Shown here: positions 1 through 13,298 of the stretch, piece after piece
Layout: the number at the start of each line of letters is the position of its first letter
How positions within the stretch are numbered: position 1 is the first letter of the stretch
Assembly (NCBI RefSeq): GCF_009914755.1
Contig: NC_060927.1
DNA from: the human T2T-CHM13v2.0 reference genome, Homo sapiens
Direction: 5' to 3' (one strand)
DNA: 64,000 nt
Position numbers and translations under genes: made by a program
The notes under the pieces: model-generated
Databases searched by the model: none
What the model saw: the letters and a program-made list of their open reading frames with translations, nothing else
What the model was told of the DNA's origin: nothing

Positions 1-755
1 ACTTTCAGCCTAAATCTCAAGGTTTATAATATATTTAGTTCTCCATCTCACATCACTTGCAATTTAGAATTCTAGACTGTTTAGAATGATTTCTGGGAAA
101 TTTTACAATTTATTAATATCAAGGGAGGGACAGGAAGGAGTCACAGCCAAGCTCTGTGACAGCTACCCCCAATGCAGAAAAAAAATCTCACAAAAAGACA
201 AGTTTGTGGCTATCAAAACATTTTATAACTTTGTGGCTCATCTTTTAGACTGACTTTATTTTCTTGTTTCCCATGTATAGCCATAAGAATGACAGGTTAA
301 ACAAGTTGATTTCCTGTCAATTATCCTTTAATTCAATTAAGTAGATGAGTTTTCTGTCTTAAGGGGAAAAATACATACATACAACAATCCACTCTCTTCA
401 CATGTGACATGGTCATTCTGTAAATGCCTATATATCCAACTGATGTAATCCCAAACAAAATTTAATAAAATAAACCAAGTTAAATTTCCCTCACATTTTG
501 AAGGCATAAGCCTTCAAAAAAGGAATATGTAATAGATTATTTCTGTTTATGTCTTAGCATTATTGTTACACTGAATAATTCATAGTTCATTCAAAATAAG
601 AAAGAATCAAGTTCAACATTAATCATAAAACTGTAAAACAGATGATTTCCAAAATGTGAAACACTGCAATAAATACTCATGGACCTAATGAAGAAGAAAT
701 TAAAACCCAACAATTTAAAATATTGATATTAAAATATAATGCTTTTCATTTTTAC

Positions 756-911
756 CTCATCATAGCCAAACAACCATAATCGTGGAGTCTGGTAATATTT
801 ATCATAAGTGATGTAAAGGTCATAAGTTCTGGTTTGCAAAATAGCATCTTCACCGCCAGCATCAGTTTTGGCTTTACAAGCTTCTACTATTTTCCTTGTA
901 TCTAGGGTAGC
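756..911 (-). CDS. ATG3: ATG3 coding exon 9 ([10 protein letters not shown]...RLWLFGYDE); gene continues left of the window
   Basis: 156 nt, cag| acceptor and |gtaaaa donor, phase 0/0. Translation matches the ATG3 '[26 protein letters not shown]' segment. Exons 1-9 total 666 nt = 222 codons; the catalytic HPC motif is not in the window. Confidence 0.97.
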
Positions 912-1166
912 CTGAAAATAATAAAAGAGAAAAATTTACAACCATTAAATCGGTATGAATGTGACATTCTAGAAAACTTATTTTTTCCATTCTATATTTT
1001 GTTTTCTTAAGAGTAAATGAACTTGGAACTCAAAGCTACGTTTTATATGCTATAATCAATATGAACAAATTAGAATGTCTTTGAAAGATCAATATATTAT
1101 TAGTAAGAACATGCATCCCCAAGTTCATCCATTAAAAATTAACTAAAGAAAACTCAATTTACAAAC

Positions 1167-1201
1167 CTCATCTGTTTCCAACAATCCACTCTCTTCATAT
1201 T
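1167..1201 (-). CDS. ATG3: ATG3 coding exon 8 ((E)YEESGLLETDE)
   Basis: 35 nt, acag| acceptor, |gtttgt donor; frame is continuous with exons 7 and 9. Confidence 0.95.
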
Positions 1202-1479
1202 CTGTTATAAAAAAACAACAAAAGATTAATCAAGTTCAAGTTCAAGAAAATTCCCTAAACCAATTTAAGTATTACTTCATAGTATCATTCAAAAACTGGG
1301 GTTTTGCCTTTGTTTTTAAGTGAAGATATTGAATAGATAGATATAAGTGAGCTAATTCTATACTTCCAAAGGCGAAAGCCCAGAGAAAGCCAGCATGTTT
1401 AAGGCTTGACATAATAATACTGTAGAGTCCTCAGTGGCTCCACAGTGTACACAAGCCTACTTCTATAACTGCGTAGTCA

Positions 1480-2765
1480 TCGGTGACCTCTTCTTTGCTG
1501 AATCCAGTGGTAAATTCCCAGTTTTCATCTTAATTGACCTATCAGGAACATGTGGCATGATTTAGTCCCTTCTCCTTGGAACATACTTTCTTTCCTTGGC
1601 TTTTAAAATATTTTCCTGGCTTTCCTCCCTCATCACTGAGTGCTGTTTCAGTATCTTCTATGCTGGTTCCTCTTCATCACCTCTACTTTAAAAAGAACCA
1701 TAAAATCAAACGCTGCAGTAACCAAGGGCTCAGTTTCTGGACCTTGTCTCTCCTCTAACCACACTTATTTCTGTAACGATTTCATCCAGACTCAATGACT
1801 TCAAATACTGATGACTTTCAAATTTATTCCCTGCCTGCGGACTTGGATTATTTATTTTACGTCTCTACTAAATAACTAATGAACACTGCAAATATCACAT
1901 GTCTGAAACTGAGTTCCTGACTCCCTCTCCAAAGCTAATCACTTTTGATTTTTCCACATCTCAGTTAATGGTATCTTTCTAGAAGCTCAGGTCAAAAACC
2001 TTGGAGTCACCCTTGACTATTCCACTTGTCACATATGACATCCAATCCAGCAGCAAATCTCTTTGGCTCAACCCTCAAAGTATTCCAGCATTCTACTGTT
2101 TCTCATCCCTACCAATGTTACGACCCTAGCCCAAGCCACCATCATTTCTTGCCTAGATTATCAAACAGCCTCCTGTTGTCCCTTTCTCCCTTCAGTCTAT
2201 TCTCACCACTGCACAGTGATTCTGTTGAAATGTCACTCCTCTACTTGAAAAACAAACAAACAAACAAAACCCTCCAATGGCTTGTCTCACTCTGAGTTAT
2301 GTCAAGACCTTATAGAATCTGGTCCCTGGTTACCTCTCTGACTCCACCCTTTACTACTCTCCCTTCTCTCCTATCTGGACATAAGCATACCTTACAATAT
2401 TTTACATAAGCCAAACGTGTTCCCACCTCAGTACCTTTGCACTCTTCCCTCAAATACCTAGTTTCATTCACTTCCTTCCAGGCTTTATTTAAATGGCGTG
2501 TACTTTCAATTAGGTTTTTCTTGACCAATTTATTTAAAAATTGCAATACTCATTCCCACCCCAAGATTCTCTAACCCCTTTCTTCCTTTATTTTTTCCTT
2601 AACACTTATAACTAATACTGTATATATTTTGCTTATCTATTTTTTGTCTCCACTGATTAGAATATAAACTCCATGAAATCATGTCTACTGCTTTATCTCC
2701 AACACCAAGGACAATACCTGATAAATACTGTACTGCCCAATAAATATTTGTTCAATAAATGAAAA
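1480..2765 (+). mobile_element. L2 LINE fragment
   Basis: Degenerate L2 body ending in the typical 3' tail 'caataaatatttgttcaataaatgaa'; boundaries approximate. Confidence 0.7.
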
Positions 2766-4127
2766 TTACCTTTATATTAGATACCATTAACACAATTGTT
2801 GAGCAAAATTACATATATAGCAATTCTTTAACTCTATCTAGGGGGAATATAATAAACATACTAAATGACTATCAGATATTTAAGGCAATCCCACAGCTTG
2901 TACTTTGAAAACAGTGCTTTACTCGAAGGGTTCTATGCTACCCCACCACCCCAACTTGGTCAACTATGTCATTCAGAGACAGATGAAATTCAGAAACAAT
3001 ATTTGTCCAAGAAAGTGATGTCAGTTTCTGACAACTATGAGACATCCAGGGGGAAATGAAACTGAAATACATCTGAAGTTGAGAATATCTAGGCTACCTC
3101 TAGATATGGAAGTCCCTAGCATACAGATGGTATGTGAGGCTGCTGTGATCAATTTTGGTTACAAGTAATTCATTCAGATTTCCTTAAGGAACAGCAGTTT
3201 ACCATGAAAATAAGGACAAGAATCTCACTAAAATTTAGGAACAGACATAGCTAGGTTTCATGGGGAATTGAAAGTAATTTTGAAAACAAACAGAAAGGTA
3301 CTTTTGATCTAGCAAGCATCACTTGCCATTATGGTGTTTCAACTCTACTTGGCACCATCTTCTACTTCTGCATGCTACAAAACACAATCTATCTCACTCT
3401 AAAGTCTATGTATTTTTGGCATTCAGCTGCCTTACAGCCTTCAATGCCTGCCTTTTTTTCATATTCCTTTCCTTTTTCCAACTTCTTACACATGCACCCT
3501 ATTTACATATATAAATATATTCATATTTCAACTCTCACAAAGTACTGGATGTAATTTATACTCTATCTTTCTTGTTGCACAAATTTTCATGCCAAACTAC
3601 AGAATGCCATTATAGAAGAAAAAATCTGGGAGTACAGAGAGTAAGCAAGGGGAAAAAAAAAAGAAACCCACGGAACAGTAACATTTAATAGCTGAGGGAA
3701 AGAAAAAGAATCATAGAAGATGACTAGAAGAAAGAGTCCAGGAAAGAGTAAGAAAACCCAGTGTTATAGAAACCAAGAGAGAAAAAAAAAAGAGGAAGAT
3801 ATGGTTAACAGAATCAATGCAGAAAAGGTAAGTGTAATAAAGATAAACTGGATTTAACAAAGAGGTCACCCTGGTGACAGCAATTTTTTCATCTACTTTT
3901 AAATATCTGAGGTTTCAAATGTATTGAAAAAGATTATCATGCTCATGAAATACAAAGCTTTGAATAACCATGTGCTCACAGACCCATACTGCTCTGTTCT
4001 AGTGGGTTTCTCTCTCTTTTAAGAATGATTCACTAATGCAGTGATTCTCAACTGGCAACTCTAGGAGGAGGACTTTTCAGAATCTTGGGAAACTGATGGG
4101 ATTCTGTGTAGTTCAAAAGGCCCCATT

Positions 4128-4436
<309 letters not shown>

Positions 4437-4823
4437 TCACTATCTTCAGGTTTTAATAGAAAGATGCTATCAAAGAGGGAAAAGAAAATACAAAATGCAT
4501 AATAAGCAAACTTTGTTCTGCTCTGAAATAATTCAGTTAGGAATTAATATCTTGCAGCCGTATCCAGTATTAAATATTTATGACTAATAGTTATTCCAAT
4601 AAAAATGATATTGTCCAAGACTATGTTTGGAGTAAAATAGAAGAGTCCAAGATCAAGATAAGTTTTACACTAATGAAATTTATGAACTAAACATATATAA
4701 AACACTCACTAGGCTGCTAAATGCTAAACTTACAACTCAATGAAGAATTCTTAATCCACATAAATTACAAATATTCTAAATCAATATTCTAGTGGAACTG
4801 AAGCAAATCTAGAACAGGAATAC

Positions 4824-4905
4824 CTTCCATATCTGCAGCTTCTCCTTCATCTTCATCTTCTTCCTCTTCACATAGTGCTGAGCAATCTTGAAGCCTTATA
4901 TTGTC
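4824..4905 (-). CDS. ATG3: ATG3 coding exon 7 ([27 protein letters not shown]), acidic flexible region
   Basis: 82 nt, aaag| acceptor, |gtattc donor; in frame. Confidence 0.96.
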
Positions 4906-7077
4906 CTTTGAAATTAATTATATTTAAAATCACTTAAGTATATACATTAATTTGAACACTGAACACCCATGTGCTAGCACAGTGGTAACCACTGTGAAAA
5001 TAAGAATGACAAGGCAGTTCTTGTCCACAAAAACCTTAAACTCCAATGAAGATAATGAATTCATATATCAGTCATTAAAAGTAACGTGCTAAGTGCTGTG
5101 ACTGAAAAATAACAAAGGTTATTATGGGAGCAGTAAGAGTCATCTAAGCTATTTAAAAATAATTGCCAGTTGCACTTCCAATAAAACAGTATTTTTGGTT
5201 AATCAATTCATTAGTATTAGAAAATCAGTTCAAAATTATATTAACTTGTGCACTTATAAGGGGAAAAAGTGCACATATCTGTAAATCAAATATAAGCTAA
5301 AATATAAATCAAACACTATTACATTCTAATTTGTTAACAATATCTTAGCTGAATTAGGCAAGTTATCAGACTTTACAGTTATTAAAATGCACAAGATATC
5401 AGTTCAATTTCTTAACTATATTAGCTCTAAAGTGAAAGAATATTGATGGACAGGTTTAACATCTGGGTATCGTTTTCACAAAATTAATATTCTGAAAATC
5501 TGAAGTCAACATAATAAGTGGATAAACTGAATATTTAGTTTTACCTAGGTTACATTTTACTTAGGGGTGGTTTAATTTAACACTAGAAACTTAAGTCATA
5601 TGTTTAAAACTTAAATCATTCTTACACCCAAAATTGAAACCACAAAACCACAAAACCATCAGTGTCGGAGTAATTATTATATGAGCTAATATTTAACAAA
5701 TTAATCATTAAGAAAAAGTTTCATCATATTGGTGATATTTATACTTGATAAAGTAGAATAGAAATTGACAACCAAGATTAATACTTCTGCTTGGATGGCA
5801 AGTATTCTAAGTTACAAAAAATACTAAAGGAATTACCATAAGCCCGTCCAAGAAAAACACTACTATCTACACTACTGTGCCATTTATCATTCCCAAAGTC
5901 TGAAGCATATATAGTAATGGTCAGAGTAAACAAGATCTTCTAAAACAGCAAAGCAATTTGTGTTATTTCTCCGTAAGTCATTCAAACACTCCAAAAAGTC
6001 TAATTTCAAAATGATGAATTCTCAGGCCAAAGAACTAAATCTTAAAGCATAAAACTGTAAATAAAAAAACAAAACAAACAAAAAAAAAACTTGTCTTCGT
6101 TTCTATCACTTTCTGTTAAGCCCCAGTAACAAATCTAGAAAGATCCAAATGACAAAAACACACAAAGAATATCTTTAGTAACTGTTGTAGCAAAAGTGTC
6201 ATAAGACTAGGAACACAATTATTCCATTCAAATAGTCTATCCTCTAAGTGATTTGATGGTTAAAAAAATAATTAAGACAAGGGTGAAAGCATTTTATATT
6301 ATTTTTTCATATCATTTCAAACAACTACAGGTATATAAAAACATGAAGACAACTGCGGTTGATCTCTCTGAGAAATGAAAAGCTAATCTAATACCTACAA
6401 CAGCCTAAAATAACTCAAAATTTCCAAGCAAAAAAACTCTACCCAATTATGTTTTACCCCCATAAATCATGCAATAAAACTTAACAGATTAAGCTTCTAT
6501 TCATTCAAAATGTCATGAATTTGAATGATGCAAGCTAAAGTTTGCTTTCAAATTTTCAAAAACAAATAAACCCCAAATTACCAGTAATTGAAGAAAATAC
6601 AGAGAGAATGATTAAATTGCTTATGGCACTATTTAAGCTATAAAATTTAAATGTTAATATATCATTAGCATCTACTAGTAAGCAAGTAGTTAATTCCACC
6701 CCAACATTCTCCACTTATATGACATTTGGTACTAAATACATTTTAAAACAAAAAAGTCATCTCTTTTAAACTAGCCTAGAAGTTGCTCCAGTCAGTGAAA
6801 ATTAGTAGTTTGTACAAGTTACAATCTAAAAGCTGTTTTACTTAACCATACTACAAATTAAGGAAAATAAGAGATGCATTAGGCAGCAGTAGTGTTTTGG
6901 TGTGTTGAGACAGAAAAATGAATGGGGAAGAAAACAGCTGGAATTTAAAAGAGCTTGATAATAAAAAACCAGGGTTTTTATAAGAAAGATATGGTGATTA
7001 TATATGTGTGTGTATAGATAGATAGATAGGCAAATAACTACTCATTAAATTTAAAAATATAACTAATTAACCAGTAC

Positions 7078-7127
7078 CTTATTTTCCAGTGTGATCTCTT
7101 TAACGGCTTCCGTTATTCCTGTAATAC
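7078..7127 (-). CDS. ATG3: ATG3 coding exon 6 ((G)ITGITEAVKEITLENK)
   Basis: 50 nt, tag| acceptor, |gtactg donor; in frame. Confidence 0.95.
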
Positions 7128-7394
7128 CTATGTAAAATTCGGCAGAAAAGAATAACTAAAATTAAACTGTAAACACCCTATTTACTTATTAAAGCAATAT
7201 AAAAATGCTGAAAATTCTCACAATTTCTCTGAAATAAGGAGGCAAATAATAGTAGTATCTTTACAAATGAACTCTAATGAGAATAGTCACAATGGCACCT
7301 CCTCAAATTTTGAAAAACTCATTAATATTTTACCATGAATTACTTTCCTTGTTTGAATCTCTATCACAACACTTTCTGAGAAACAGAACAGTTT

Positions 7395-7719
<325 letters not shown>

Positions 7720-7802
7720 TTAAAAAAACTACAGGACTCGTATGTACATTTTAATTAAACTTGCATCAAAATTTTCTCAAAAAGCTATTAGTTATCTTAA
7801 TA

Positions 7803-8022
7803 TAGGCTGATTATCCCTTATCTGAAGTGCTTGGGACCAGAAGTATTTCTGATTTTTTTAGATTTTGGAATATTTGCATAAATACTTACTGGTCAAGTAT
7901 CCCTAATACAAAAATTCAAAATGCTCTAATGAGCATTTTATTTGAGCATCATATCAGTGCTCAAAAAGTTTTGGCTTTTGGAACATTTCATTTGGATTTT
8001 TGGATTAGGGATACTCAATCTG
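7803..8022. mobile_element. Tigger4a-like (TcMar-Tigger) MITE
   Basis: Terminal inverted repeats 'aggctgattatccct' / 'agggatactcaatct'; internal 'gcttgggaccagaagt' matches the recalled consensus. Confidence 0.8.
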
Positions 8023-8829
8023 TTTGTTATTTGCTTCAGAAATGTAGGATACCCAAAGGTAGTAATATCATATCACATTTATATGTGGCTTTCTACTATT
8101 TCCACATCTTATTTAATCCTCACAATGACTATCTTATGAGGACGTTACAGTAATAATGTCTTCCTATGAAGAAATGAAGTCACTGGAGAGATGACTTGCT
8201 TGAGTGTTATACCCAGTCAAATGATGAAATTGGGATTAAAATCCATACAAGCTAACTTTTGGTTCAATTCTCTTGCACTCTACGGGGCAAATACCTCAAA
8301 ACCTACTTGTCTCAAAGAAAGCCTTAAGAAGGTGGCAGCACCACCAGTCAGCTAGATAACATTTCTACTTCAAAGTACCTGTCAATGTTAACAAAATAGT
8401 TTAACAAGAATAAGAAATATAGTAAAACAATAGCATCTAAAGTTACTAAAGAAAAAACCTAAGTACAGAATATGCTTAGCTCCTTTGTTAATCTTCTAAA
8501 ATTTTGAGATGTCTGTTCAACATGCCTAAACAAAATAAATAGCTCACTTTCACAAATAAAATAGGTCAAAATCCACAGGTCTAGCACAAAGCTTTTACTT
8601 CAGTTTTTCTAGAAATTACTATATAATAGGTATGACTATTTCATAACAGTAAAACCCAAATTTTAACATACGAATTGACTGCGGAACATAAAAACAAAGC
8701 AAATCAACCTCTTTAATTTGTCAAAATATAATAAGTAGTACGCCATTAAAACACTTCTAGAAGTAGGATACAGTTGACAAAGAAAAAGAAAGCTCAAATG
8801 ACTCTAATGAGAGTAATACTCTAAAGGGT

Positions 8830-9643
8830 TATGGTAATTAATTTTATGTCAACTTGGCTAGGTTGTGGCACCCAGATGTTTGGTCAAACACCATTCTAGA
8901 TATTGCTGAAGGTATTTTTGAGATGTGATGAACATTTAAGTAAGTAGACTGGATAAAGCAGATTACCCTCTACAAGATAGGGGGATATCATCCAATTAGT
9001 TGAAGGCCTTGTAAGAAAAAGACTGAGGTCCTCCAGAAGAAGGAATTCAGCCTCCAGAACGCTTTAGGACTAAAGCTGCAATATCAACACTCCCTGAATC
9101 TCTAGTCTGCCAGTGTGCCCTGCAGAATTCAGACTTGCCAGCCCATATAATCAGATGAGTCAATTCCTCTAAAAAAAACACAAAAAAACAAAAAACAACA
9201 ACAACAAACAAAAAAAAACCTATCTACCTATATCTATACCTATACCTATGCAATAGTCCTCACTTATCTGTGGGGAATACATTCCAAGACCCCCAGAGGG
9301 TGTCTGAAAGCACAGATAGTACCAAACCCTACCTACGCTGTACATGACAGTCGACCTGATAATCGAGTTGGCTATTAAGTGACTAATGGCTGGGTAGCAT
9401 ATACAGCATGCATACACTAGACAATGGGATGATTCACCTCTTGGGCAGAACGGATCAGGATAGCAGATTTTATCATGCTACTCCCAACAGTGGGGACAAA
9501 AATTAAAACTGATGAATTATTTCTGGAATTTGGCACTTAATATTTTTGGACCATGGTTGACTACATAACTGAAACCACAGAAAGCAAAACCTACTCTGTA
9601 TACATCCTATGGGTTGTTTCTCTAGAGAACCATGACTAATACA
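8830..9643 (+). mobile_element. MLT2 (ERVL) LTR, interrupted by MER44
   Basis: Starts 'taattttatgtcaacttggctagg' and ends 'tttctctagagaaccatgactaataca'. Confidence 0.8.
9252..9599. mobile_element. MER44A-like (Tigger7) DNA transposon nested in MLT2
   Basis: 'tagtcctcacttatctgtgggg...ttccaagaccccc' and 'taactgaaaccacagaaagcaaaacc' match the recalled MER44 consensus. Confidence 0.75.
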
Positions 9644-10121
9644 CAAGCTAATAGAAGAAAACGCCCAGGAAAAGCAAGGATAAAGCAAGGGAAACTGAGT
9701 TGAAAAAGGAACCAGTATCTGGCCTCATAAGTCACTAACTTGACATCAAAAACAATGCACAATCAATGGATCCAGTCAGTCAACAGAGAATTTCCTACTG
9801 ATGTGTTGCCAACATCTTCCAGGCATGGAAAAGTCAAAGCAGAAGAGTTAAAAGACTTTCACTACTCAGTGGGGCGGGGGGAAAGAAGGATGATTTTTGA
9901 AATTACTTTTAAAAGTTTTTCAATCTGTTATTTCCTTTAGGCTTTGATATAGCACTCGACTCATTAATAAGCCAATAAATTTCAGATCAAGGAGCCCAAG
10001 TCCTGAATCTTTGCCTATAACTCCATAAGGAAAGAGATGGCAGTATCCTTTATTCAGAGTAGGGGAGAAACTGACCTAAGAAGGAACTTTTACCTGGGCA
10101 GATACTTAGCCCTCTGTCTAC

Positions 10122-10321
10122 TGCAGTGAGTCTCAACTGAAGGCAGCAATTTTTCCCCCAACAGAACATTCAGCAATTTCTGGAGGCATTTTTGGTTGTT
10201 AAAACTGAGGGATGCTACTGGTATCCAGTGGTTACAGGCCAGAGATACTGGTAAGCATTCTACAATGCACAGAAAATAATTATCCATTCCAAAAAACAGT
10301 GCCAAGGTTGAGAAACCCTGT
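10122..10321 (+). mobile_element. MER20 (hAT-Charlie)
   Basis: Ends 'cagtgagtctcaac' ... 'gttgagaaaccctg', with a typical internal sequence. Confidence 0.8.
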
Positions 10322-10550
10322 TCTATTACTACTAAGGATATACCTCCTAATCTCTAGGACTCGAAGGGAGAAAAACATATTTAGTATCATGGACTTAAAC
10401 TTAGAGCACATTTTCCATTCCAAAAAACAGTGCCAAGGTTGAGAAACCCTGTTTTATTACTACTACTAAGGATATAACTCCTAACCTCTAGGACTCAAAG
10501 GGAGAAAAATTTGTTTTTAGTATCATGGATTTAAACTTAGAGCACATTTT
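10284..10550. repeat. Diverged tandem duplication, 2 x ~131-136 bp
   Basis: Copy 1 at 10284-10414 and copy 2 at 10415-10550; both run ccattccaaaaaacagtgcc...ttagagcacatttt. Confidence 0.92.
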
Positions 10551-11106
10551 CTTCATCAAAACTAAGTAATAAATGGTAGTTAGCTTCAGCAGCATATGAT
10601 AATATGCATGTACATAGTTATATAAATATAGTGGCAAAACAGTGTTTTAGGACTTAGAATAAAAAAGTATATTCAGGGTTTCAAATAACTCATAGAAACA
10701 CTTATAAAAACCTTGCATTCAACTCATTTAACAAATATTTACTGAACAACTTCTACATCATACACTGTGATAGATACTGAGAATTCAACAATGAATCTTT
10801 ACCTTCATGGAGCTTACAGTACTGAAAATTTCTTTTAGTCGTTATTTAACAAATAATTATTAAATACTTAATAGATGTCAGTTCTCTGGGTAAATGTGAA
10901 TACAGTATAGTTCCTGTCATAGAGGAGCACATAATCCAGCAATGGAATGACAATGACATGTAAGCAAGAGACTGTAAAGCAAAGTAGTATGCATATTCAG
11001 CATCTCTGACGGTCTTTTTTTTCCCTCTCTGTATTTAGAAACTAAGAAAATAATATTTTCAAATTGCAATGGAAGTAGCAGGTATTATAGAAATTTGGCA
11101 TACTCT

Positions 11107-11390
<284 letters not shown>

Positions 11391-11567
11391 AAATTTGGCA
11401 TACTCTAAAGGCTTCTTTTTTAAAATTTGTCCTCCTGCTTTTTTCATGTAAGTCTACTGGGACAAAACTATGCCTTATGTATCCTCTTTTTTAAATCAAG
11501 GCTATTATAAAAGATTGTGAAAGAGTTTAATTTAAACTAAATATATGTCATTTTATTCTCCTCTTAC

Positions 11568-11675
11568 CTGTGTTGTGATATGTATCTACCCATCCGCCAT
11601 CACCATCATCTTCTTCAATGATAGCTTCCAATTCATCTGAATATTCCATCTGTTTGCACCGCTTATAGCACGGCA
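11568..11675 (-). CDS. ATG3: ATG3 coding exon 5 ((V)[35 protein letters not shown])
   Basis: 108 nt, tatag| acceptor, |gtaaga donor; in frame. Confidence 0.97.
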
Positions 11676-12562
11676 CTATAAAAAAAATGGTAAATACAGT
11701 TAACTAGCACATAATCTGCTAACCATAAATCCATTAGAAAGAAGAGAGCTTAGTCCATAAAATAGGGTGTTTATACCACCAAAGTACTAAGTGAATATTT
11801 CACTTTTAAAGGTGATTAAGAGTTACATTCAGCTCATAGACACATAATTATTTGGCTACATTTACCTTTTCCTAAATTGCTTTGTCAGAAGACAAGTAGA
11901 AAAGCTCTATTGGGAATGTTCTATGCATTCCTTTACCATGATGGTCTGTGAAGAACAGCAGGCTGATGTCAGAGATACATATCATAGTTCAATTTCAGTC
12001 TAATGAATAATAATACCTTATTTTAATGGCTTTACTTTCAGAACATGGAGCTACCAGCTATCATAGTCAGTGGTGGTAAAGGTGAACTCTTGTTTTCAAG
12101 GCTAAAGTAACTTTCAATATAAATTTTATAATTCATATTTAAGTTCCAGTTATTCACAATGGATAAAACAGTTTAAAATTCACCAACCTTCTGATTTTTA
12201 CTTCTTTATACCACACTAGTAAGTTGTTCATACAGCAAATGTGTCAATTAACAGGTATTATTATTCATAAGCCTAAGATTGGGTAATTATATGGTAAAAG
12301 CATTATGGTATAAGGTCAACAAATTGCTTTTTAATCTCCTGATTTTTTTAAAACAATCAGGATATAAATTATCAGCCTTTGTAAAAAGAAATATGCTGTA
12401 GAAAAGAAAAAACTGCTGTTCTGTTCACTTTATTTTCCCTTTCCTATAATGAGTAAATTGGAACAGAAATCAATGTATTGTTTTGTGATTAGTTAGGAAC
12501 TATAACAACCTTTTGATGTTGTTTTTAAATTTAACTTCATAAATAAAACACTACCTGTTTCA

Positions 12563-12853
12563 GCCAGGCGCGGTGGCTCACACCTGTAATCCCAGCACTT
12601 TGGGAGGCCAAGGTGGGCAGGTCACCTGAGGTCAGGAGGTCGAGACCAGCCTGACCAACATGGCAAAACCCTGTCTCTACTAAAAATACAAAAATTAGCC
12701 GGGCGTGGTGGCAGGCCTGTAATCCCAACTACTTGGGAGGCTGAGGCAGGAGAATCGCTTGAACCTGTGAGCCAAAATCAGGCCACTGCACTCTAGCCTG
12801 GGCAACAAAGTGAGACTCTGTCTCAAAACAACCAAAAAAAAAAAAAAAAAAAA
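12563..12853 (+). mobile_element. Alu (AluSx-like)
   Basis: TSD cactacctgtttca. Confidence 0.95.
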
Positions 12854-13227
12854 CCACTACCTGTTTCAAAATATTTTTGTGTCCTTCAATGACACAACGG
12901 ATAATAACATCGTCAGCTCTGAGCTTTTAGATGTCATAGGTAGTATGAATTTCATTTGCCATGCAAAATTTCAGTCTAAAGAAGATTAAAATCAAATACC
13001 TAGAAAGATTATTATGAAGCCAACTTCAAAAAAATCCACTTAGAAGTCTAACTTTCCTTAGGGCCCTCTTCCTTCGTATCTTGACAACTATATGTTTTTG
13101 GCAAAAAGAAATAACAGAAAGAGGTGATAAAACTAAGGAAAAAATTTTCAAGCAATAGAAAAACCGAGAGCTTCATTTTAATATACCTCTACGCAAAATT
13201 TATTCATATATGCAACATAATTCTTAC

Positions 13228-13298
13228 CATTTTTGGTTACCAAAAATTGTTTGCCTGTTGGTAGGTATGCCTTCACTTTCAATTCTTCCCCTGTAGCC
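13228..13298 (-). CDS. ATG3: ATG3 coding exon 4 ([23 protein letters not shown])
   Basis: 71 nt, aaag| acceptor, |gtaaga donor; in frame. Confidence 0.97.
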
